Numbered from the stretch's first letter, positions 1 to 13,255 are shown. The stretch is 64,000 nucleotides of DNA from Eledone cirrhosa (GCA_964016885.1 OZ024740.1:383346001-383410000), one strand, 5' to 3'. Notes: generated by a model from the letters alone, not told the origin. A program made the numbers and translations.

Positions 1-936
1 CCCCAAGAGACACAGAAAATATTTGAATTAGGGACAAAGAGCAATATAATTATATTTTCTAAAATTTATTAAGTTCATTTTTGGCATTGCAACACCTTCA
101 TAAAACATAAATTTACTGTTCTTGAATATTCTTTTATTTCTCTATTTTCTTTTTTGTACAATTGTATAAGAAAGAAGCAATGAAATATGTTATGATTGTC
201 AGTCATAAATGCCAAGATTAGGATATGAAAGCCACCATCGGGAAAGAAGTTACGATAGTTTTCTTATTATCCCAACTTCCAACACATTTCATAAAAACGT
301 TCGAAAGAATTTTCATAGCCAGCGTCGTTCCGTAGAAACGAGTCTTCACACTTCACTAGCACTCGATCAATAATATTAACTTCATAATAGTAGCGTGTTA
401 GTTGTTCTCTTATATACATAATTTCGTCAGATTTTGTAATTTTTTCTTTATCTATTATCAAATTTTTACATTTTTTATGAATATTTTTTCAACGCTCTTT
501 ATTTCTTCATTCCATAAAATTTGCCATAATTTTCATATCTATTATCCGTTATATTTATATTGTTCCCATTTATAGTTACTTTTTTCGTACCTAACTTCTA
601 CCGACAAATCACTCAATGTACCATTCTACACAATCATTGATCAGTAAGTGTGCTTTTACGTATATATCTAAATATGTATATTTAGAGACCAATATTTTAA
701 GCTTCCATGCAATGTTCCTACGTGTTCAACTACTGTAGAGCTTAAAACGCCTGTGATTATGGTCTAAGCACCAATAAATATGCGTAGTTGTGTATTGCCA
801 CTTTACAGACTTGTATATACAGGCATATATACAAATGTATATAGGGAGAAAGATAGAGAGGCAGATTTATTTATATATTTTAACATATCTTAGAAGACTG
901 AACGTATGCGTTGCATTTGTATGTCCATATTTATAG

Positions 937-1181
937 ACATGCTTTAAAGGGAACGATAAAACAAAGTACCTGGGACGTACTTGGCCCGTTTTATCGAATT
1001 ATTCATTTCTTTCAAATGTCTGTCCTTGTGCCAAATGTAGAAGTATTTGCAGATATGTCAACGGGAGGTTTAATGTGTGGTACGAGAAGTTACATGGAGC
1101 TCTTCTAATGTTATTTTTATAATGACAAATGCAACATAGCAAAAATTAAAGTGATTCAATTAACTCAAAGCACGTGTAAAG
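937..1181 (+). CDS. Candidate Cys-rich extracellular exon of the host gene (needs a 1-nt frameshift near 1105 to read through)
   Basis: Acceptor ttatag|ACA at 936/937 opens TCFKGNDKTKYLGRTWPVLSNYSFLSNVCPCAKCRSICRYVNGRFNVWYEKLHGALL. A shifted frame from 1109 reads CYFYNDKCNIAKIKVIQLTQSTCKG to donor AAAG|gtactg at 1181/1182, which is phase 1 and matches the TM exon. An alternative donor lies at 1079/1080. Speculative. Confidence 0.25.
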
Positions 1182-1324
1182 GTACTGTAGTTACATTTTT
1201 ATAATGTATTCCTATAGTATTTTCAAATGCATATATGCTGCATTCATGTTCAGAGTGGTGACCTGCATTCGAGTCTAAATAAACTGGTATAGGTATTTTA
1301 TTAATCATACACGTAGATACGCAA

Positions 1325-1506
1325 ATATGAAAACATACCTAGACACAAACATTCATACCTTTTTCCTTTTACTAAGCGAGAATGGAATCCGCCAGGTTTA
1401 ATGGGCGCTAGCAGCACCGCATACCATGAGAAGGCTACTACGATTCAATTTGGTGTTACCGATCCAAACACACACACCCATATATATATATGTGTGTATG
1501 TATATA

Positions 1507-1571
<65 letters not shown>

Positions 1572-1719
1572 GGGGGGGGGGTCGGTTACACCAAATTGAA
1601 TCGTAAGAGTCTTCTCAAGATATGCGGTGCGGCTAGCGCCCATTAAACCTGGCGGATTCCATCCTCGCTCAGTGAAAGGCAAAAGGTATGAATGTTTCTG
1701 TGTAGGTATGTTTTCATAT
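1325..1719. repeat. Inverted repeat, ~140-bp diverged arms around a (CA)/(TA)n + G-run spacer
   Basis: 1325-1465 is the reverse complement, with scattered mismatches, of 1580-1719 (e.g. ggaatccgccaggtttaatgggcgctagc / gctagcgcccattaaacctggcggattcc). Confidence 0.9.
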
Positions 1720-1752
1720 ATATATATATATAATATATATATATATAAAGAG

Positions 1753-1878
1753 AGCGTTAGTTCCACAACACTTTAGCAATGAGTATGATTTGCTAATCTG
1801 AGGTGGAATTAACGCTATACTGAATTGGAGTGAGTGGTCTATCAGCTTTGGATGTGACATCTGTTTACTTTTTTTAAT

Positions 1879-1883
<5 letters not shown>
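1753..1883 (+). mobile_element. Miniature fold-back + tail unit between (TA)n tracts
   Basis: agcgttagttccac pairs with gtggaattaacgct, with an inner ttagcaa/ttgctaa stem (1753-1816). A ~65-nt unique tail then runs into (TA)n. Confidence 0.45.
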
Positions 1884-1934
<51 letters not shown>

Positions 1935-2315
1935 GTGTGTGTGTTATGAACGAAGGTGGTTAGTTTATGATTTTGAGACATTGCGGTAAGTATCAATTAT
2001 CTAATGTATCTATTTTTTTTTTCACACTGCGGTACATTCGTTATCTTTGACCACTCTGACAGGTAGCAAATAGTACATCATATTCAATATTAATCAGTTA
2101 CTAATAATGTGTTTTTGTTCAAGGTGAATGAATTGATATGGCAACGAATTTCGATGAACGAAACAAGGTTATAACTAAAGTGTATAGATTTCATCGGTTC
2201 CATTATCAATATTTATTCAACTCTTACATACTTTACATGCGTGACGGTCATTAGGTAACACGACATATGTACACAGACAGACAGACACACACCCAAACAC
2301 ACACACACACACACT

Positions 2316-2407
<92 letters not shown>

Positions 2408-3034
2408 GAGAACAGACATAAAAGGTGATAGAGTACCATGAAAATAGAGCGACTCATGTCTAAATGTTTAATAATTACATGTTGGTTCTGATTTCGATCT
2501 AGTACCATTTGAGTCACTTTAGACGAATATATACTTCTAAAGCCTCGGGTTAGCCAATAACGTTTCATTGAAATGTATAGTAACTTCAGTGTGGGTATGT
2601 TATTTAATATAGTTCTTTGACACAAAATATCATATACATAATGTGTATGCATATATAATCTACACTGGTTGTCAGTTACAATCGAACATGCATTTTTAGT
2701 ACTTACCAAACATTTAAAGTATTTTAGGCTCCTATCCAGTAGGGATCAGGCAAAACACATTCCAAACACCCGTGTTTTCAACAAGTAGATCATCCAGGAT
2801 ATTACGCCTGAAAGGATAGCCGATGCGTCAAAACTTGATATTCTTTATCGCTCACGAGAGGATGTAAAGCAAATTGTACCGATGCAGGATTTGAACTCAG
2901 GTGACAAGATCTGGAACTCATATGCAATCCTATATTTACTGATTGCTTGTCCACTGGTCCTTTCTGACTCTAGATTGTGAGAAGATTCAACGTTCTAAAT
3001 ATTGAGGCAAGTATATATATATATATATATACAT

Positions 3035-3217
3035 ATATGAAAAGAATCAGGACCCCGACGGCTGAGCTCCGGCCGTTTCTACAGCTAGTACAGATATAGC
3101 TGTTTAAAGGGCCGGAACTCAACCATCGGGGTCCTGACTCTTTTCATATTACCCACTCTACTACCCATAGTATCGAGTACTCTGGTGCGTTATGGTTCCT
3201 TACCGCACTTCCTTCGT

Positions 3218-3218
<1 letters not shown>
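3035..3218 (+). mobile_element. Family A Penelope-like remnant, heavily 5'-truncated: short inverted arms + tail into (TA)n
   Basis: Arms at 3035-3087 and 3096-3149. The tail acccactctactacc...ttccttcgtt matches the tails at 25979-26057 and 63191-63269. The left arm read on - carries the ribozyme 3' half GAAA cggcc..agccg TC gggg. Confidence 0.8.
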
Positions 3219-3282
<64 letters not shown>

Positions 3283-4102
3283 CGTTGTACTTCTTAATGG
3301 ACAACTCTCTAACCTATAAATGGGTAACATACTCTAGAAATTAGTTATAACTTCATATGATAGGCACGTATTTAAATCACCATTAATGTAGTTTAGGATA
3401 GTAATTTAACTAAGCTAGTTACCTCCCCTTACGCATTAATTCCCCTTAGTCATTCAGACACTTCCGGAATCTGGGCAGCATGATCTATTAATTAAGAACC
3501 GACTGGATACGGTTTATAGCTTGATTATATGCTGAACCACCGCGAATTATACGATAGACACGTGTTCTCTATATATATTGCGGCTCATGGATTATGTGAG
3601 TGGTGGTGTGAGCGAAGACAGTGGTACGGCTTTGCCTACGATACAATAAGGTTTATAGTATGCTGAAAGTTTTTGATATTTTGGTGTTTCCCTGCATCCG
3701 AGACTGTATATCATACAGATGTATGAGAATAAATGACTTAATAATTCAGCCCACAAAATAAGATCGATTGCCTGCTTCAACTGCCTGACCCTGCAAATAT
3801 CATTCTGACGCACTCTAATCATGTATAAATAAGACACGCGTGCATGCTACACGTGAGATTGTTTCATACACTGACTACTCTAAACTTTCCTCTTGCTTTA
3901 TCTTCATAGACTGCCAACGCTTCATGTTTGTCTTTATTTTCATTCTTGTTTTTATTTTATTTTTATCCTGTAACCTTTATATGTAAATTGCCATGCTATA
4001 TCATTTGATGAATGTCACCCCACTGTTGATCAATATGCGCATATGTTTTATGTGTCTCTTGGGTTGAAAAGGAGGTCAAGTATGTTATAGATCAGTAAAT
4101 AG

Positions 4103-4151
4103 TTGCTCCGAAGAATCCAAACCTCGGTTTGGAGGAAACAATTGTAAGCAA
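4103..4151 (+). ncRNA. Minimal type I hammerhead ribozyme, CCGAAGA (C4) core
   Basis: Stem I ttgct/agcaa; core CCGAAGA 4108-4114; stem II tccaaacc/ggtttgga; GAAA 4135-4138; stem III C-AATT-G with palindromic loop; GUA triplet. Lies ~40 nt upstream of a (TA)n tract. Confidence 0.75.
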
Positions 4152-4215
4152 ATAAATGACTTAAACTGAACTTTGATTATTGTAATCTCTCTATATATAT
4201 ATACATATATATACA

Positions 4216-4259
<44 letters not shown>

Positions 4260-4553
4260 GGGTAAAATTACCTATATAAATATATTCCCTATATATATAT
4301 ATATTTTTGCGTTGCTTTCTTCCTTTTATGTTGTTCACTTGTGTCACTCGCTTTACGCAATTTACTTGTCCCAATACCTTTTTTTAGTTATTGCTCGCAC
4401 CATCCTGAGGTATATGATTTTTAATGCGATGAAATATCAATGATGGTTGGCAAATCACTGACGAAGGACTAATTTTATCATATGTAACCCATGTGCAACC
4501 ACGCAGTCTTCTTCTTTCTAATGATGTTTTACATATATATATATATATATATA

Positions 4554-5036
4554 CTAGTAGTGGTACGCGGCGTTGCACGGGATGAGGTATTTTGAAACGC
4601 GGGTCGCCAACAGACTTAATCGTGTAAAACCTGCATGCCTGGACAATATGTGAAGAAAATAAACCGAATACTCTGATGGCTTGTTAATCTTTAAGATTTT
4701 TCTCGGTGAAGCATTCCAAGGGAAATAACTCTGAATGCGATTTAGAGGTCACGCCTCAAAAAAGCCATAAAAGGCTGAAAAGAATGAAGTGTTTCACCTA
4801 ATACATAGTTACAATTTCAAGGAAATCGGTCTGACTTAACGCCTAAAAAATCCCTAAAAAGCTGAAAAGACGCAGTTTTTCTCCTAATGCATAAAATTCC
4901 CCAAGTGCAAAACTCACCATGAAACATAAGTAATACATATGTAAAGTTTGAAAAATATCGGTTGGGTACCTCTAGAGTTTTAGGGATTCAAACTCACAGA
5001 CACACACACACACATCCTCAGTTTTATATATATAGA
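4554..5036 (-). mobile_element. Non-autonomous Helitron
   Basis: On - it begins A|TCTATATATATAAAA and ends with the hairpin cccgtgcaacgccgcgt followed by CTAG|T. No TSD; A|T insertion site. Confidence 0.75.
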
Positions 5037-5956
5037 TATATACCTCATTTAAGTTGATCCGGGAACAAATGAAAAATCACAATACCCGAAAGATATTCTA
5101 CTGTTTGGAAAAGTTTCCAGTCCAAATCGCAGCTGGTGTTTACAGGTTATGCAACACGCTCTTTAGAATACCTTGGAGTATGCGATAACAATTGGGAAAG
5201 AAATGTAAAATATCGACGATGTATGACGTAAATACTTTTGAATATGTACGCATTTGACATATAGTATTTAGGAGAGTTGTATAAAAACCAAGACTTTGTA
5301 AATTAGATGAAATATTTGTGATTATATACGTCTCTCCAAATGAAGTCATGACGCTAGGAAAGTAAATTAACCAGTCTAGTTATGCGAGAGGCTCTGCAAA
5401 CCTGTTATTGGATTGAATCAGTAGGATGATTTACAGTAGAATATACATCTGCATACTTATTTATATGTAGATATGCAGCTTAGGCTAGCAAAAGACACGT
5501 AGAAGACTGGTGTGTTAAAAGCCTCAGTTGAGTGCGATACTTTTAATTTATTTGTCAGTATCGGCCTTCCTCGAGCACGAGTATGTTTTTGATATGTTCC
5601 CACTTAACTTTCCCGTATTCCTCCAGGATCATTGTAGCGCATTGTAAGCAGCGTCCCATGGCCAAATTCAACTCTAGAGACCCATATTCCTCACCGTGCA
5701 TATCCTTTAAATAGGTTGTTCACTCTTGTCATAGTCACAGTACCGTTGAGATGTTCAAGGAAACACGTCCCACCAGGTAGTTGATACCAAAGAGAGTGGC
5801 GTAGCATTGGCAGCGAGACCCGAAAGGTTTTGATGGAACAAGGACTGGTGAGCCTGTACAATCGCAAGGAGTGCCGTTTTTTAACGATAACTATACCTTT
5901 AGTCTAAGCCACTTACAAACCGGCATTGAAATACTTTTTTTTCAATCGCTTCACTC

Positions 5957-6005
<49 letters not shown>

Positions 6006-6101
6006 CATAACATATTAAAGTTTAAGCAAAGAATCGCTGCTTTCACCCTTAACGGGATCTTCTGAAGTTATTTCGATACTAGAGATAGCGTCATATATAT
6101 A

Positions 6102-6174
<73 letters not shown>

Positions 6175-6176
<2 letters not shown>

Positions 6177-6544
6177 CGGCGATGAATTAGTTTTGCGAGG
6201 TTTTTTATATGAAATCGTGTGTCGAAACAGATATTGTTATATTTGGGGAGGGTCATATTTGCGTAATATTGCCAGAATTAATAACAGAACACTCACTGTT
6301 TGGTACGTTTTCGCTTCTCGCTGTCTTTTATATCTGCGATCTAACTTACTCGGTCCTCAATGTTGCCATTGACTGACCGGCGGTCAAAAATATTTTTGAC
6401 CGCCGGTCAGTCAATGGCAACATTGAGGACCGAGTAAGTTAGATCGCAGATATAAAAGACAGCGAGAAGCGAAAACGTACCAAACAGTGAGTGTTCTGTT
6501 ATTAATTCTGGCAATATTACGCAAATATGACCCTCCCCAAATAT

Positions 6545-6552
<8 letters not shown>
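6175..6552 (-). mobile_element. Spacer-less 322-bp palindrome (6231-6552) plus 56-nt tail, flanked by (TA)n
   Basis: Centre caaaaaT|Atttttg at 6391/6392; the arms appear identical. The tail 6175-6230 ends ...cgccgtt(AT)n on -. Confidence 0.85.
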
Positions 6553-6581
<29 letters not shown>

Positions 6582-6836
6582 TATATATATGGCGCTATCT
6601 CTAGTATCGAAATAACCATCTTTTTAAATGAGTACGCGACGGTACTTCTGGTTTAAATATAATGCTTCTTTCGATCCTGAATAAGGATACACTACATATT
6701 TAAATAGCGTTTCCTTCTCTTTTAATGTTTCTTTATACCATTCAGAACGTTACGTACGATATTGAATTAAAGTTTAATGATATATATATTTACTGAAGAA
6801 CTACACATACACCACAAACACACACATACACACATG

Positions 6837-6883
<47 letters not shown>

Positions 6884-8738
6884 ATTTGTGTGTGCGTACG
6901 TATGAGGAAAAGGCTTCTGGGGCGCATCGCGTTTACATCATCATTAAATTAACATTTTCTTTGCAGTTGATTAAATTTAATAAAACAATCTGCTGCATTT
7001 ACTTTAGCAATGCCTCCTGTAGAAGTGGGAAGAATATTTATTCAATTCTTTTCCTCATTTCTCTGTGTTAACCTAAATGTACTTCTATCCTCAAATTTCT
7101 TAAACTGTTATTTCGCTTAAGCTGCTAATTGTTTATTTTAAACTTGTAAAGAACTCATTTATTATTTCTCGATATGTCCGCAAGAACGTGTGGCTTTATA
7201 GATATGTGTGAGTGTATGTGTATATGCAACTGTGTATTTGTGTGAACTCTTGAGTGATTAAGAAATAAATGTAGCATATTGCCCATGAGAAAATGTAAAA
7301 CACCACTAACAATAGTTATAATTCAATTAGTCACGATAAATCAGGAAATATTCTTTTTGTTAATTGCCCCAAGGAAGAAGCATATAAACTTTCACGCTAC
7401 AGTATAATAAATTCTAGATATAATAATGAAGCAAAAATAGCAATGTGTACAAGAAGGTGAAAATAAGAAGTTTAAGAAAGGGAAGTAAAGAAGGTGATGA
7501 ACAGAATGTGAAAAAAAAAAAAAAAAATGAAGGGGGCGAAGAGGGAAAGCGTGAAATGAGGAAAGACACAGAGACGAAATAAAAGATAGAGTCGAATAGA
7601 AGAACTAATAAAATAAACAGAAGACCAATTTAATGAAGATACGGAAAAGACGAATTAAGAAAATACATAAAGAGGCATTAGAAAATGAAGTCATTTCTCT
7701 TTGCTTAATCACAATTATTTCAAGAACCACATGAGGTTCAGAGCTTCTAATATATTGTTTGAAAATATGTAAAGATTTATATGAAATAAATCTCTGTAAT
7801 TTAACTTTAGCCCTGTTGATTTGGAGATGGGAGCGTAGTCGGCTAAACGTTTCAGAGGGTTTATTTGCATCAGAGTTAAGATAAGAGAATATGATTATCC
7901 AGATGAGACAAAGGATGCTGCGATTCCATTGATCATTCCTTTGATGATAATGTCTCACGACCGCAAGTCTTGCTAGAAACGTCACCATTTCTCCGGTTAC
8001 AGGAAGTGAGAACTACAGTCAAAACTCAGGCAGCCAGAACGGATATCAATGTCTAGTCCGACGTTTTCACAATTCCATGAAATCGACATGCTAGAAATAT
8101 TTATCAATCCCGAAATGATACAGATCATCTCAGAGGGATTTGAACTCAGTGCACAATGTTAATATAAATAACAAAAAACAATTCTCTGACGCCCTAACAG
8201 CATTGAAATATTATTACCTTTATGGTGGCAGGGGAGCTGAAATCTTGCATACAATGTACTAGACACCGACTGTTGCCAATTTAATAAAGAAATGAGTTCA
8301 GTAAAATGCTGTTGTGTGCTAGAAGAAACTAGAAGAAACAATTATTAAATTCTCCAAACATAAAATAGCTGCTTCCTGGTAGAGAGATTTTAATTCAAAA
8401 AATCAATTGCTTGCCACCCCGAGAAAATATCTATGTTAGTGAGAACACAAATTGTCTTTTAATCTTCGGCAAAGCCAGCCGTAAAATCAATCGGTATGGA
8501 AATTAGGCTAATCAACCGATATATACATTAAAGAATACTATATATTCTCAAGAGCTCTAGAGTGCAGTAGAAAAGGAGATGCACAATCTTGACAATTATC
8601 AATTGTTTCTCTATGCTACCGCAAGAACAAAAGGGTGAAGGTACTCGCCTTAAACACATGGCGTTATAAGGCTGTTTGCTTGCAAAATAATTTGTTCGTT
8701 ATAAAACACACGTATGCGTATATATATATATCTATATA

Positions 8739-8809
<71 letters not shown>

Positions 8810-8905
8810 TTTTCCGTAGTGTTGTAATATGAATATTACACACAGTAGATGGACAGCTCACGTAGAGTTTTCTCGACGGTTCCAGTTTTAGTTTCAAAAG
8901 TTTTG

Positions 8906-8991
<86 letters not shown>

Positions 8992-9028
8992 GAAGGATTT
9001 AAATGGATACAGTTCAGTTAAAAGGAAT

Positions 9029-9148
9029 TTATTGACACATGTTTCAATAACAGTTACATAACCTGAAAACAGCTGCTATCTACAAAGTATTAATTATGCA
9101 GACACTCAATATTTCAATGTTATATCAACTGTCATTTCATCAGAATAA
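9029..9148 (-). ncRNA. Type I hammerhead ribozyme with extended stem II (family B)
   Basis: On -: ttatt CTGATGA aatgacagt...actgttatt GAAA C-ATGT-G TC aataa. Confidence 0.8.
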
Positions 9149-9414
9149 TTTTATTGAGAACCTGTTTGGTTTTTATAGAGAATATTAAGAGGGAGGGGTG
9201 AAGTTGTTAGAAGAATAGTTAAGGGAGTGGATAGAGATTTTTTTGATAGCAGTGAGAATTTTTGGTAGCAGTGAGTAATTAGATTCCCATCTGTTGTTTT
9301 GACATTTTTATACAATACATTATTTGGCGTTGGTTATTTTTCTAAATCTATAGAAGGATTAGAGATAGTAAAGATATGCATGATTGGTTTTGTGTTTGCA
9401 CTTAATTAACATAC

Positions 9415-9800
9415 CTATCCTGACAATTGCCCCCTCGGCAATAACTGCCTGGAAAAAAATATCATCTATAAGTGTATCATTGAATCCGGAGGCAACGAGT
9501 GGTATTACGTGGCATCAACGGCAACATCGTTTAAATCTCGATTATATAGGCATTCTTACTCAATAAAACACCAGAGCAAAGAAATGTAACAACTTTAGCA
9601 GAAAAAGCTTGGACGCTCAGGGATAGCGATCAAAAGTTTACCCTAAAATGGGAGAAATTAGCTAAAACCCAAAGCTTTTCCAGGAGCCAACATTTCTGCA
9701 AATTGTGAAATCTTGAGATTTATTACATAATCACACACAAGAAGAAATTGCTTAATAACAGAATTGAACGAACATTATTCTGCGTCACCGAACTAAAACC
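9415..9800 (+). pseudogene. Penelope-like (Naiad-type) GIY-YIG endonuclease remnant
   Basis: Frameshifted pieces NCP..NNCLEK/NIIYKC, WYYVASTATSFKSRLYRHSYS and TTLAEKAWTLRDSDQKFTLKWEKLAKTQSFSRSQHFCKL*NLEIYYI..KLLNNRIE. Confidence 0.75.
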
Positions 9801-10109
9801 CTTTTTTCCCACTACAAGCTGAATATTACATGAAAAGAGGGACATCCCCCCAACTATATAAACAACAATCTAGTTAGAAAAATATAAAAACAATCTATTC
9901 TCAACATATATATGTATATTAATAACCTTAAATTACCACACTAATAATGGAAAGATATGCTGATGAGAATAGGTGCTAATATACTATAGTGTAGGTGTCT
10001 AAAAGCGACCATATGTATGTATATATATGTGAAAATGTATATAAATAAGTAAATATATATATATGTTTGATGTGTATAGTTAGATGTATGTGTATTCATG
10101 TATTAAAGT

Positions 10110-10154
<45 letters not shown>

Positions 10155-10694
10155 GACAGGAGTATGTATGTATATATGTGTGTGCCTATACGTGTGTATA
10201 TGAAGATAAGTTGAGTATGAAAAAGTATATACATGAATGCGTATGTATGTACATATATATATATGTATATATATGTATATATATATATGTGCAGGTATAT
10301 ATGTATGTAAGTATGAGCATGTAAGTATGTGTATCTGAGTGTATGTATTTTGTAGATGTGTGCATATATGTTTGTGTGTGAATGTGTGGGCGAACGGATA
10401 CGTACACTTGAAAGAAAAATTTAAGTCTGTATGTTAATTAATGGCAAACACAAAACCAACCATGCATATCTTTACTATCTCTAATCCTTCTATAGATTTA
10501 GAAAAATAACCAACGCCAAATAATGCATTGTATAAAAATGTCAAAACAACAGATGGGAATCTAATTACTCACTGCTACCAAAAATTCTCACTGCTACCAA
10601 AAAAATCTCTATCCACTCCCTTAACTAATCTTCTAACAACTTCACCCCTCCCTCTTAATATTCTCTATAAAAACCAAACAGGTTCTCAATAAAA

Positions 10695-10814
10695 TTATTC
10701 TGATGAAATGACAGTGATAATAACATTGAAATATTGAGTGTCTGCATAATTAATATTTTGTAGATAGCAGCTGTTTTCAGGTTATGTAACTGTTATTGAA
10801 ACACGTGTCAATAA
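10695..10814 (+). ncRNA. Type I hammerhead ribozyme with extended stem II (family B)
   Basis: ttatt CTGATGA(10700-10706) aatgacagt...actgttatt GAAA(10798-10801) C-ACGT-G TC aataa. Palindromic loop III; GUC triplet. Confidence 0.85.
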
Positions 10815-10851
10815 ATTCCTTTTAACTGAACTGTATCCATTTAAATCCTTC

Positions 10852-10941
<90 letters not shown>

Positions 10942-11135
10942 CATATATGTATGTGTATATAATACATGAGATGATTGTGTGAGATGGAGGAGAAATAGGA
11001 ATATTACGAGGCATTGCCTTTCTCGCGTTCTCTCTCACCTTCTCTCTCTCGCTCACCCTCATAACCCTTCTATTCCTGCATTTAAGTTCGCTAAATTCGT
11101 ATTAAATATATATTTGTGCATACTTGTATTTTTAG

Positions 11136-11286
11136 GTCCCGTTGACGTAGAAACGCCGGTTGGTGAACATAATATCATTCGAATAGAAAGAACCTATAGA
11201 TCAACATTATGGGGCCTTGCTGGTTCCTTATTTATTCTTCTTATTGCGGCTGTAATTGTTCTTGTGGCAGTATGTCGCTACTACAG
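11136..11286 (+). CDS. Internal exon encoding the transmembrane helix of a single-pass membrane protein
   Basis: Acceptor tatttttag|GT and donor AG|gtaaga; 151 nt, phase 1 to 2. Reads (G)PVDVETPVGEHNIIRIERTYRSTLWGLAGSLFILLIAAVIVLVAVCRYY(R), a ~23-aa hydrophobic helix followed by basic residues. Confidence 0.75.
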
Positions 11287-11369
11287 GTAAGATATTACAA
11301 TTGTACTTGATGAGTTGCTGATGTTTTATGCCTAACGTAATTGTAACGGTATATGTGTAGATTCAACAC

Positions 11370-11433
<64 letters not shown>

Positions 11434-11508
11434 AGCAGAGCAAGCAATTATCAAACACTTCTCTAAATAAATAAAAAAAAACGATTTAAATAATCACCTG
11501 TTCTATTT

Positions 11509-11585
11509 CTGTTACGACGGTTTCACCAATCCAAAGATTGGAAATCCAGAGAATTTCCAATGGAAAGAGTTAGATCTTCAGACAG
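11509..11585 (-). ncRNA. Type I hammerhead ribozyme
   Basis: On -: ctgt CTGAAGA tctaac...gattggt GAAA C-CGTC-G TA acag. Followed by a ~80-nt tail running into (TA)n at 11430. Confidence 0.7.
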
Positions 11586-11763
11586 CGTATTTCCATACTA
11601 TAAGGTTACTAATCTCACAGTAAGTCAATATTTCGATTCCTGCCTAACGCATGCGGTCAGGCCGTTAAAATGACATACACGCAAAATCAGGTCGCAAGTA
11701 AGAGCTGTTTATTATAAACTTGTTGATAATGCCACTAAAACCAGTAGAACTATACAACGTTTT

Positions 11764-11964
<201 letters not shown>

Positions 11965-12437
11965 CAAGTTAATATAAATTAATATATGAAAAACACATAA
12001 GTGTTTATATTGTAAAAGACAAAAGGTAGCTAGAATGAAACAAACTAATTCAAATTAATATAACCTGCCTGTATCAATTTAAAAAATAATAAATCAATAT
12101 ACACAAACTTATATTGGTAAATAGCCATGGTACCTAGACAAATTTAAATTTTAAAATTCAAACCTTTTCCAGAGATCAATCTGAACCTCAACATCCAAAT
12201 AATGTTTCGCAAACGATGTTATAAGAGCGAAATTATCAATTTTCTGTGCTTATCAATAGGTACCCAGAAAAATTAAGTTACTTCACCCCGAAAAAATTCT
12301 GAAGGTCTGGTTTACGAGCACAAACGCACGAGGTTTTGCACTCGGTTCTTCCAGCTCACTAGCCTCTCATACTCATGGCGCTAGAAATAACAGCCGTTTA
12401 TATGGGATTAAAAATTAGCTCAACAGAGGGAGCAGTA

Positions 12438-12545
12438 ATATATTATATTTAGAGTATACACACAAAGAGTCATTTACAATTAATTAATCTTTTAGCTAAT
12501 TAATTGTAAATGACTCTTTGAGTGTATACTCTAAATATAATATAT
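12438..12545. repeat. Hairpin with ~49-bp arms and 10-nt spacer abutting (TA)n
   Basis: atatattatatttagagtatacacacaaagagtcatttacaattaatta / taattaattgtaaatgactctttgagtgtatactctaaatataatatat. Confidence 0.85.
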
Positions 12546-12572
12546 ATATATATATATATATAAATATACATG

Positions 12573-12631
<59 letters not shown>

Positions 12632-12884
12632 TTGGCTATACAATAAGGGCTATATTCACATTGCTGACAATTCTTTCTTTGATCTGGTAGGTCTAGAGTT
12701 CGCTAATCGCTTGATGTTGCGTCAATCGATCTCCAATACTTTGTTTATAACCAGTCGTTTCATCAGAGCATGCGGAATTGAGAGAATGCGGAATTGAGAG
12801 AATATTCATTTATAGAGGGGTTGCGTAAAACCAGAACAATAATATCAATAATAAAATAACTAGATACTGAATAGTTAAAATAAT

Positions 12885-12990
12885 TGTTTCTACTTTTAGC
12901 ACAAGCCCAGCAATTACCCAATGCATTACTGGTACTTTATTCTATCGACCCCGGAAGGATGAAGGGCAAAGTTAACCTCGGCGGGATTTT
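12885..12990 (-). mobile_element. 5'-truncated tRNA-derived SINE with ~19-bp TSD
   Basis: Matches the 3' part of the SINE at 16698. actga(a)atagttaaaataat is duplicated on both sides. Confidence 0.85.
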
Positions 12991-13255
12991 ACTGAAATAG
13001 TTAAAATAATAACATCAATATAAGTAAGAAATAGTGTGCAATGATAAATATAGCATATTAAACGAACTGATATGATACAGATGTATGAAATTGACATGTG
13101 AAAACTATTATAGGGTATATTAGATATAGTGTTAAAGTGGTGAAGAGAAAACTGATAAAATGTACTTGGAGTCAGGATTTAGCAGTAATTATGAGGGATA
13201 TAAGGGTGCTGTAGGTCTAAAAGCACACTAGCAATAAACCGGAGATTGATTTATA

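Larger units (their letters stand above)
8806..10853 (-). mobile_element. Family B Penelope-like insertion: tail + pLTR on -, inverted segment carrying endonuclease remnant and pLTR on +
   Basis: Arms 8991-9414 and 10429-10853 are reverse complements. Tail 8806-8905 is the reverse complement of 15560-15660. (TA)n on both sides. Confidence 0.85.

Noticed and set aside
4458-4500. CTGACGA box
   Set aside because: No downstream GAAA or stem I partner.
9955-10016. atatg CTGATGA ... AAAA gcgac catat hammerhead-like motif
   Set aside because: GAAA and the NUH triplet are not intact and stem II is weak; at most a dead relic.
10707-10745. Short hammerhead fold using the first GAAA after CTGATGA in family B
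   Set aside because: Stem I cannot form. The distal GAAA C-ACGT-G TC gives consistent stems I-III.
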